A program made the translations under genes and the position numbers. From assembly GCF_009914755.1 (NCBI RefSeq), contig NC_060932.1: DNA of 64,000 nt. One strand, given 5' to 3'. This DNA comes from the human T2T-CHM13v2.0 reference genome, Homo sapiens. Shown here piece after piece: positions 53,744 to 64,000 of this stretch (position 1 is its first letter; each line of letters opens with the position of its first letter). The notes under the pieces were generated by a model that saw nothing but the letters and a program-made list of their open reading frames with translations, was not told the DNA's origin and ran no database searches.

Positions 53744-54225
53744 TGATAGGCAAATAATGGACCCCCAAAGATGCCCACACCTAATCCCCCAATCCTCTGA
53801 ATGTGTTAGGTTATATGACAAAGGGAAATTAAGGGTGCAGCCAGAAGTAAGGTGGATAGTCAGCTAACCTGGAGAATGGGAGGTTACCCTAGATTATCCA
53901 GGTGGACCCAGTGTAATTATGAGGTTTTTAAATGTGGAAGAGTCAGCATTAGTGTGATATGATTTGAAAAAGACTTAACCAGCCATTGCTGGCTTTAAAG
54001 GGGAAAGTGGGGCATATAAGCCAAGGAATGGAGGCTGACTCTGAAAGTTAGGAAAGGCAGGCAAACAGATCATCCCCTGGAGTTTCCGGAAAGGAACACC
54101 AGCTTGATTTTAGTCAGTGAGACTGTTTCTGATTTCTGATCTCCAGAAATATAAGATAAATTTGTGTCGTTCTAAGCCACAAAGTTTGTGGTAATTTTTT
54201 ATAGCAGTTATAGGAAACCAATACA
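53744..54225 (+). mobile_element. MLT1D-like MaLR solo LTR
   Basis: 'aataatggacccccaaagatg...cctagattatccaggtggacccagtgtaat...ctaagccacaaagtttgtggtaattt...ggaaaccaataca'. Confidence 0.85.
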
Positions 54226-55431
54226 ATTACAGACTCTGGATAAAATAGCTACATGAATGTATTTTAACTTCACATTTACAATAGAAGAAGGCCTCAAACA
54301 TGGTAGTAGATGTATTATACTGTTATAAATTAGGATAATGGTAATTCTTAGACAAAAGCACATATGCAAGTAAAACCTTTACCATGAATTCTTAGGATGA
54401 GAAATTTCATTTTAATATCAATGTATATTTCTTTGTGTTAATTTAAATCATTGTCTTACATCCATAACAAGTACTAAGTGACATTTAAATATAAATTGTG
54501 AATGGCTTCAGTTTTCTTCTTAATTTTTTTGGTTTTATGTAAATTCATTAGTTTGTTAAAACTTCCAAGATTCCTTTTATTTGGCCCTTACTATTAAAAT
54601 TCTAAAGTATGCAATTGGTAATTAAACCTGAATAGTAAATTATGTTTAGGAGTAAAGTAAAAGACTCTTTGTATTTTGGAAAGTATAATTAGATTTTACA
54701 ACAAAGAATATTACTATATTTTTGGGAACAATCTGTATCACTTATTTATTGGATTACAACATCAAGGAGGAACTTTTTAACTCCCGTTATGTGCAGTTCT
54801 TCCTAGGCCTGACCAATCTGTTCTCTGTAGGACAGATAACTGTAGGGTAGATCTTTTCTACGCTCATTATACCATTTCAATAGTTTGTTTTCTAAATTTT
54901 GTGATCCCACAGAGTGACATCACCCACAGAGCCCACACAGCCTGCAGTACCAGGCTGTGTACATGTAATAGAGTGGTCTTATGGCCTAGCTCATTTGGGA
55001 GTAGTATGTCAGGAGGACCTCAGATCTTTGGCTATGTTTCTGTTTTCAGTAACTTAGCTCCTTTGCTGAGTGTTTAATAGTTTGATTCTATAGGTCACAA
55101 GGTTCAGATACTCTTAAATTGTTCAAATGATTTATAAATGGATCATCGGTTGTGGTTTTACATATCCTTGGGATGGTTAGTAATATAATTTTAATGAACT
55201 TAAGTGCTCTAATTAAAAATTAAATTGTGCTTTAATTAACATAAAGTGAGCATGAAGCTCAAATGAACTTTGTTTGTAAAGATAACTTTAGGTATAACTG
55301 AAATAATTGTTTAAAAATATTTTGAAGTTTTCTTAGGTTACATAGATGTGAGCAAGGGAGCTTAAATTATTTCTTTTTTTCATTTGAAGTTGGATGATAT
55401 ATGAGTCCATTAAACCTCTATATGTTTGCAG

Positions 55432-55558
55432 TTGACAACACTAAATCTGGGAAACAACCTTTTAGAAGAAGTTCCGGAAGAGATGAAATATCTTACATCT
55501 CTGAAGAATCTCCATTTATCTGGAAATAGGATCTGTAGATTTGCACCTGGAGCCTGTG
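55432..55558 (+). CDS. LRRC69: LRRC69 coding exon 2 (LTTLNLGNNLLEEVPEEMKYLTSLKNLHLSGNRICRFAPGAC)
   Basis: Acceptor tttgcag| and donor G|GTAATT; two canonical LRRs; 127 nt, phase 0-1. Confidence 0.93.
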
Positions 55559-56814
55559 GTAATTTAATCAACAAGGAACAACATTATAGCATCAAATTTA
55601 ATCTCTCATATTTAATAATATGAGACTGAAATGAAAAAGAATTTTGCATGTTTAATCTTTTTTTGTTGGAGATATTTACATACTACTCTTGAAATATAGG
55701 AGGAGACAACACTTTTAAAAAAGTATTGTATCATATGTTTATTTACATGTAGACCTAAGAAAATAAGTAAGCATCAGTGTTAATGAATTTTCCTCTTTGT
55801 AGAATCAGTATAAAGTCAGATTGTGAATCTGGGGACCCTTTTCCTAAGCCAGAGATAATTCTATTGGGAAATCAAATCAAGTAAAGCTATACTGTAGCTT
55901 TGTTCTTTTCACTTTTTATTCTGTCTTAGATATTAAGTCACACTTTTTGATCAAGATGCTAAACTTAAATCAATTTGGGGAGAATTTTAAAGAAAAGATA
56001 TGAGATCCAATAAGCATTTTTTTCTTTCTTTTTCCCATTAACTAATAATTTCTCCATTCAAGATGATGCTATTCTTATTTAATATTCCTAGAGTGGGCTT
56101 AAGGACAAATGTATGACAAAGAGATCTACATGGCTTTTATAGCTTTATCAACTAATGTAAGGTACTTCACCACTTTCTGTGTTGGTCCTTAGTAGTAAAA
56201 TGAGAGAAATATTATAAAATTTATAAATTTCTATGAACTTTTGAGGCATGGGTGCTATATATAATCATTGTCATCTTCACACAGAGTTTATTAATGGCAT
56301 TACTGCATGCAGCAATAAATTAGGGGTTATATTTGGCAAATAGCACAAGTAGACTCTAGTACTGTCTTTTTAAAGGTACTTTAAAATCTTAGGTCATGTA
56401 TCTTGGAACAATATTCTTTTCCAAAATAATAGATGTAACAAACAATTATTGAACTTGAACACCTTATATATGCAAAGCCACAGACCAGAGTTCAGTTACA
56501 ATTTACCTTGGAAGAAAACAGTTTACACTAAAAAAGTTAAGGTCATGCAAATCAATAGATAATAATATTTTATGACCTATACTGAGGGGACAAATTTAAG
56601 TGCAACCTGATATACATAAACAATATTGAACATACTAATTTATACTAATTAAGGCTCTATAAGGAATTTTGTATCATGTTGCCTTTAAATTTGAGGTAAG
56701 TTAGGTATATATATATCTGTATCTATATCTGTTTAGATATATTTTATATATGTATATAAAATTTGTTTGGAGTGCTCTTGAATGTCTTTAGTTTCTATAT
56801 TTCTTTTTAAAAAT

Positions 56815-56965
56815 AATTATTTTTTTAATTGACAGATAACAATTGTACATACTCATGGAGTACATAGTGATATTTTGATACCTATAATATATAGTGATCA
56901 GATCAGGGTAATTGGCATAGCCATCATCTCAAACACTTATCATTTCTTCGAGTTGGGAACATTCT
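56815..56965 (-). mobile_element. Short L1MA 3'-end fragment
   Basis: 'aattgtacatactcatggagtacatagtgatattttgatac...atcatctcaaacacttatcatttctt'. Confidence 0.75.
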
Positions 56966-58026
56966 TGACTTGGGGTTATTGAACTTTGAAAATCCCATGT
57001 GATTGACCTAAGTTATGTTCTATGTCAGGTCCTGATGATTCAAGGTCAGAAGTAGTTTGATGTCAGGGAGTTTAATGCTGCCCAGCATGGGTAGAATAAC
57101 CTTGTTGCATTACATGACCCTATTTCCCTGACCAGAGCAGATTGATCAGGGCTGGAGTTGGGTCCCAAGCTAAGCTTGTCATATTTTCTCTTTCTTGGGA
57201 ATTGTGATAGAGTCTAAAACAGTTTAATTGGTTTGAGATAATTACATGACCTGAGGCAGAGATTGCAAACTGGTGGCCCATGGGCTGAAGCTGGTTCATA
57301 AATAAGTTGATTCTATTTTTTTTGCCTTTAAAAATCTTTGAATTAGGTGCCCATGTTTTCAAATCAGGAGAGTTCACAAAGAAGTCTGGATCTCTGGCTC
57401 TTTTTAAAAATCTGTTTTAAAAAAGAAAGATTTAGCAACACTGCAGTTGCGTTCCCATATGACAATTGCCAGAGCTGGCTGAATGGTGGTGGCCCTGTCT
57501 GACATGGCATGGGATTATCATTTTGATTCCTGTGGACATGTGAGTTTGAAAGCTCTGTCTTCCCTGTCAATGAACATTCAAATTCAGAAGTTGTGATATG
57601 GTTATGAGTACATAGAAAAATAGAGCAAACATGTTCAAAAGAGAGAATGGAGGGAGGAAAGAGAGAGCGGGTAAGATATTATAAATACGAAAATGAGAGA
57701 AGCTGTAATGAAGAACTAAATTATATTTTCTGCAGAGATATTCAGACAGTACATTCTCAGGTTCTGGGTGCTTTTAGCTTCTGATTCCAGTTTTTGATGA
57801 GCCTGGTTGCATCCTCATTCCACAGGCACAGTGACTTAGATTTGTAACTTTGTGATAAATTACTCCTTTTTGCTTGAGCTAGTTTAAGAGGGTTTCTGTT
57901 ACCACCACCAAAAGAGCCTTGGCCAAGGCAAGAACCAGAAGGAAAACAAAGGTATGTAGAAAAGTAGAAAAGTGACTAAAAATTATCTAACAGATGGCTA
58001 AAGTGACTAAAATTATTTTCTAACAG

Positions 58027-58099
58027 ATGGCTTACAAAATTTAATCCTGCTTAATCTGAACAACAATCATCTTACGCAGCTTCCTCAAGAAGTCAGCAG
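58027..58099 (+). CDS. LRRC69: LRRC69 coding exon 3 (DGLQNLILLNLNNNHLTQLPQEVS)
   Basis: Acceptor ttttctaacag| and donor CAG|GTAATT; LRR motif in frame with exon 2; too short for the ORF track. The gene continues beyond the window. Confidence 0.92.
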
Positions 58100-58540
58100 G
58101 TAATTTTGTTTATAGCAAGACTTGGTTAACAATCGTGCCCCTCCTCTATCCCCACCCTGGTCATTTGAAAGCATTATGCCTAGCATAAGTCCCTGTGAGA
58201 TTTATACATAGCAAAGAGGGATCTGAAGGACTGAGGCAAGCCACTAATTTTAAGCAGATGATTCCTTAAACACTTTGGAGAAATGAGAAACAGCATGATA
58301 ATCTTAGTGTAAACATTGGGCTTTGAAACATAAAGTTCTAAAACTGATGGTCTCATTGATTTCCCAACTCTGAGGTTCTTGGAGCTTGGTTAGCCACAGA
58401 ATTGGGCACATTAAATGTTATTTCGCATGTGTATTGTAAACCATTTTGAGCTTGATGGAAAAGGTAATGTAAAAACTAAGGATTTAAAACTGCAATGTCA
58501 TTTTCGTTTTTAAAAACCCCACATTTTATTGTCATTAACC

Positions 58541-58572
<32 letters not shown>

Positions 58573-61197
58573 TGTTTTTCCTTATCCTGCATATCTGCAC
58601 AGGCAGAATGCCTTTCTGGAGCCAGCTGAGAGCCTTGTCCTTCTGTAGGCAAAACACGCTCTTGGGCTTTTCCTCTGACAGATGGAGAGAGAACTCTGTT
58701 CAGGTTTACTTTGGAGACTCCCTTTATTGCCTGTTGAGCAGAAACAGATGTGTCACAGAGCAAGAGCAGCATCCAGGGTTTTAAAAGAGAATACAAAACT
58801 TTGAACAGTCCTCAACACAGTGCTTTCTGCAGCACCTAACATCTATTCCAATTTACTTGTCTATACCTCTGGCCAATGTATTATTTTTTCCAAATATATT
58901 TTTATAAGGAAAGCAATATTTTAAGTCAGAGCAACTAGAAAAGAATTGAATCAATCTAATTTCTATAAAAGATAAATATTTGCAGCAATGAAAATGCCAT
59001 GCTAATAGTTGTCTGCTTGCTTTTTTACAAATTCAGCTTATCAATCGATGTATATATTGATGATGATATAATTTTAAAAATCCCTTGGGAGATCTCATGA
59101 ATGAGGTTCAGGGCATATCTCTGTGCAACTAGATTTATGCCTTTGGACCAGTAATTTAACTACTTTGAACTGCTGCCTTCTCATCTCTAAAGAAAGAATT
59201 TTGAATAGATGAACCTCAAAGTTTTTGCAGCTATAACACGTTATGATTTCACAATTTCATACACTTATCTCTGTTTGGAATACAAATTACAGTATTCAAG
59301 GAATCGTAAATCTAAGGGAATATGTTAGAAAGATGAAAGAATGCTTTCACTGAAGAAAGTAGGATTGCAGAGTGTATAGGTCTATTCTGTCTTATAGTTA
59401 ACTCTGGATTGTCTATATTCTGGCCATATCCTACTAGATATCAATTAATTGGTCATCTCTCTAAGTAGAATTCCATTTCTGAGCCTGGGAAAGTTTCTTC
59501 ACTTTCCTATATCTTAACATCTTCACCTGCAAAATGAGGATGATGATAGTATTTTCAGAAAATAAATCGGATTGTTTTGACAGTTAAGCAAATTCATACA
59601 ATATATTTAGGGTTGAGCCTTGGACATAAAAGGTATTAGGGTTGAGTAAGTGCTCAATGGATGTTAGCTTTTATTATTATTGGTTGTTATTTTTATTCTA
59701 GCTTCTTTCTGTTCCCTTTGTTCACTGATTTCCAGAGACAAAGGAATGACTTCTCAGTGGATTTGGGCAAAGCATTGAGCATATGTAGTTTGGCATTCTC
59801 CTCTTGCCCTGCCATGAAGTAAGCAGCAGCCTCAGCAGGAAAGGCTGTGAATGGGGTGGTATATTTAATGCAGAGGAGGGCTAGCAGGGACTCAGAGTGA
59901 TCATGTCAGCTCTGTGCTGATGTTTGATTTCCTTCTCTCTAAATTCCATATCTTATTTCTCAATTTATTTAGAACTTAGGAGAGGGAAAAGGAGTTTTGT
60001 TTTTGGCTCATTTAAACTACAGAATATCAGTTCATGGACTTGGAGTCAAATTTGGGCAGGTAAGAGTTTTACACCTAAACAGCTCTGTCATGGACAGCGC
60101 TGCACAGGCACAGGAAGAGGACAGCATGGGCATCCTGGTGACAGAATGAGTCTGGAAGACAGAGAGAGAGAGCAAGGGACTAAGTCAGCAGGCTCAGTTC
60201 TTTCTCCAAATTCGTCAGTCAGTGAAGTTGTTCTTCAATCTCCTGGGGAAGACAGATGTCAGGGAGAATCTACAAGTGTATCTCCTATAGATTTTCTTTG
60301 GAAAAGTAGGACATCTCCCTGCTTTGTGGAATCGGGAACAATGGCAGATATTTGTTTCTCTCCCTGCTCTTTACTCACACAAATGAATGATGGACAAATG
60401 AACAATAGGATCTGAGCTCATTTTATTGCCTTGAAAGAACAAAAAAGTTAAAACCAACTCCCATGATATAGTAAATCAGAGTAGAATCAATAAAAATGAT
60501 AATAAAAATGATTATAAAAATGATTAATGAAGAAAATTCCCCATCCCTTTCCCCACAGGACCTGCTCCACACATTTTTACTCCATTTCAGTGCTGAGTTG
60601 TCCTTCTTTGACCCTTTATACTGCAAAGAACTTCACTTCCTATTATCCTGAGAAATTTGAGCTCCCTCAATTTCCTTCTTTTCAGCATCTTTCTCTCCAT
60701 TGTTCTATTTCTTTCCTTCCTCTCGCTCTTGCTTCCTTGTCATCTCTCTCTGAAGTCCCGTGTCTTTTGCTTTTGCTTCCTGTGTAACACATTGTAAATT
60801 CTCTTCTGTCTTCTCCATTCTACCTTAGATCATTTTCAAAAGTCGTTACTGTCCTTTACATAGTCAAATATAATGGCCTTTTTTTTCTGCTGAATAAAAA
60901 TTACATAAAACTATTCAATGCATTTTGTACTATTCAATGCATTTTGACAAATGTACGCACACCAATAAGATGTAGAACATTTTCTTCAGCCCAGAAATTT
61001 CCTCATACACCCTTCCAGTGAATTCTTACCTCTCATAAGCAATCAATATTCTGATTTCTGTGTTCTTTACAAATTAGTTTTACCAATCCTAGAACTAAAT
61101 AAATGGAATATGGTATATACATTTTTGTGTCTGTCTTCTTTTGCTTAGCATATTTTTTGAGACTCATATAACTGTTGCATTTATTAGTAGTTCATTG

Positions 61198-61619
<422 letters not shown>

Positions 61620-61699
61620 TGAATTAAGCTACAATAAACATTATTGTACAAATCTTTTTGTAAACATGTTTAATTTCATTTTCATTTAAATTTCTAGGA

Positions 61700-62011
61700 G
61701 TAAAACAGAAATTTATTTCTCATAGTTCTGGAAGTTGGGAAGTGAAGACCAAGGTGCTGGCAGATGTGATGTCTGGTGAGGGTCTACTTCCTGGTTCTTA
61801 GAGTGGCACCTTTCTCACTGTGTCCTCACATGGTAGAAGGGGCAAGGAGCTCTCTGGGGCCTTTTGTAAGGACATTAATTACATTTATGAGGTTTACCCC
61901 ATCATCATGACCTAATCATCTCCCAAAGGCCCCATCTCATAATACCATCACATTGGAGATTAGATTTTAACATATGAATTTTGAAGAGACACAAATATTC
62001 AGACCATAGCA
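61700..62011 (-). mobile_element. MaLR LTR fragment (MLT1A/MSTD-like)
   Basis: 'cagaaatttatttctcatagttctgga...ctcactgtgtcctcacatggtagaagg...cacaaatattcagaccatagca'. Confidence 0.8.
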
Positions 62012-62174
62012 CTGTCATTTCTCCAATACCATATGATCTTGATTATCTTGATTGCTGTAGCTGCATTGTAAGTTTTGAAATCAGGTAAAGTGAGTCTTTT
62101 GATTTTATTCTTTATAATAGTTTGGCTATTCTAGGTCCTTTCAATTTCCATATAAATTTTAAAATTGATTTGTC

Positions 62175-62313
62175 TTTTTTTTTTTTTGTTTTGTTTAAGA
62201 TGGGGTCTCACTATGTTTTCCAGGCTGGTCTTACACTCCTGGGCTCAAGCAATCCTTCCACCTTGGCCTCCCAAAGTTATGGGTTTACAGCCATGAGCCA
62301 CAGCACCCAGCCC
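62175..62313 (-). mobile_element. FLAM/Alu monomer
   Basis: Poly-T then 'atggggtctcactatgtt...ctcctgggctcaagcaatcc...gagccacagcacccagcc'. Confidence 0.82.
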
Positions 62314-64000
62314 AAGTCAAGTCTTATACAAAAAAAGCTGTCAAAATTTGTATTTGAATCTATTATTGAATCTATAGATCAATATTAAAAAGTTGATATC
62401 TTAGCAATATTTTGCTTTTCTATACCTGAATATAATATATCTCTACTTTTATTTAAAGCCCCTTTACATTCTCTCATTCATAATTTATAGTTTTCAGTGT
62501 AGAGGTCCCTCATGTCTTTTGTTATATGTACTCTTAACTATTTCATGAAGGTTTTTTTATACATTACTATAAATGGAAATCTTAAACTTTTTATTTTCCA
62601 ATTGTTTGTGGCTACAATATGGAGATACAATAGATTTTTTAAATATTGACTTTGTAGTTTGTGACTCGGCATTATTTCTACTAGTTTTGTTTGTTAGTTT
62701 GGATTATCTCTCTTTAACATTTAAACTTTTGACCATCTCTTTAATTTTGAAATTTTCTTTTCTCACACCTTCAGAGATTCCTTGCTAATCTGGTTCTTCT
62801 TCTACTTCTGTGTTCATAACTTTGCTGGGTGCCTTTAATTTTTAATGGTCAGTTGTTTATATTTCTCAAGAATCTTTCTGTTGGCTTCCTCTCTCTTCTC
62901 TCTGCCCATTTTCTTTTGTTGTTTTTCCTATCAATCCCAGGTATTCATATGGCTTCTACTATGTACGGAGAGATCTGTAGAATCCTCAAAATTCCCTTTG
63001 CTAGCACTGATGACTTCCTAACCTCCAGTCTCCCATTTTCAACTGCCTAAAAATTTAGTTCCCTCATTCTTACATTACTTCAATCTTAACACACTTCAAC
63101 CTTGAGATCATTACATGTTTTCACTCTTAGCTTTGCAAACAGACACACCTGCATTAGAATTTTGACATTGTTACCTACTAGATAGGTAACTTGGGGAATT
63201 TATTTACTGCCTCTAATGCTTTATTTTCCTCACTTTTAAAATAAGAGTAGTAATTCCAACCTCAGAGTCATGTTGATGATTATTAAATTTAATGCACAGG
63301 CATGTAGTTGTGCTTAGTAATGTTAATTCCCTTCTGCTTCCTTATTCATAATATTTTTCTTAGCTTACTATTCCCTCTTATTGCCCTATTTTATAAGTTC
63401 TTTTATTCAGGGCCAAATTCAAAATGTCAGTTCTTTAGAAAAACTTGCAATATGCTTCAGGAACCATATCTGCAATTACAGACTCAAATTTCCTTAACCT
63501 TTTTCTCCTTAGCCAATGGCATTTGCTGTTCTCAGTTTGTGGCTCTATTTAATATCTCCTAAACCAGGGCATCCAAAAGGGCAGAATTTGTGGCTGATTC
63601 ATCTTTGAACTTCCACAGCAATTGAGCAGTACTCATATCTATTTGGTACTAGGTATATTTATGTCTATGTATGCTTATGCCTGTTCCTGTATTGATCTAT
63701 ATACATAGGTATGTCCGTGTTCTCCTTGTCCTCTAGCTTTCTCTTGGGTATGGCCAATGTATATGTATAAAGAAAGGAAATATAATTTTCTTTTTCTGAA
63801 ATCTAGGTTTTGATTACCTAACATACTTTTAACATAAGCCATCTGATTACAAAAGATCTTTAAAAATTAAATTTCAGCAAAAACTTTTTATACTCATGAT
63901 CACAATAGTTGTAAACACTTGACTGAAGTAAGCTCAGAAGAGCTACAAAAAATAAATTGACACATGGCTTCTGCTAAGTTGGGCCTATATAGTGGACTCT

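Noticed and set aside
59924-60415. Longest unexplained ORF (163 aa) in LRRC69 intron 3
   Set aside because: Non-ATG start, no LRR or other motif, and no convincing splice sites; consistent with chance.

Overview
Primate (very probably human) genomic DNA, AT-rich and dense in interspersed repeats. The window holds a complete seven-exon OTU-family deubiquitinase gene, OTUD6B, on the + strand (CDS 1310-15793, 882 nt, 293 aa, catalytic Cys158 and His277; 3' UTR to about 18020). The gene is driven by a bidirectional CpG-island promoter that probably also produces an antisense lncRNA. Downstream are the first three coding exons of a leucine-rich-repeat gene, LRRC69 (33587-58099; the gene continues past the window). 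The rest is Alu, L1, L2, MIR, CR1, MaLR/ERVL LTRs and DNA-transposon fossils, several with intact target-site duplications (TSDs). I found no convincing new multi-gene system, and nearly all other ORFs in the track are repeat-derived. The most interesting signals concern splicing: (i) a MIR-derived cassette exon in OTUD6B supplies both a stop codon and a new in-frame start (MISK-); (ii) the first LRRC69 coding exon has a strong splice acceptor 3 nt before its ATG and no CpG promoter, and sense-oriented LTRs with splice donors and OTUD6B lie upstream; (iii) the acceptor of LRRC69 exon 3 is tandemly duplicated and the upstream copy leads to an immediate stop. Repeat family names come from recalled consensus sequences, not a search, and repeat boundaries without a TSD are approximate.
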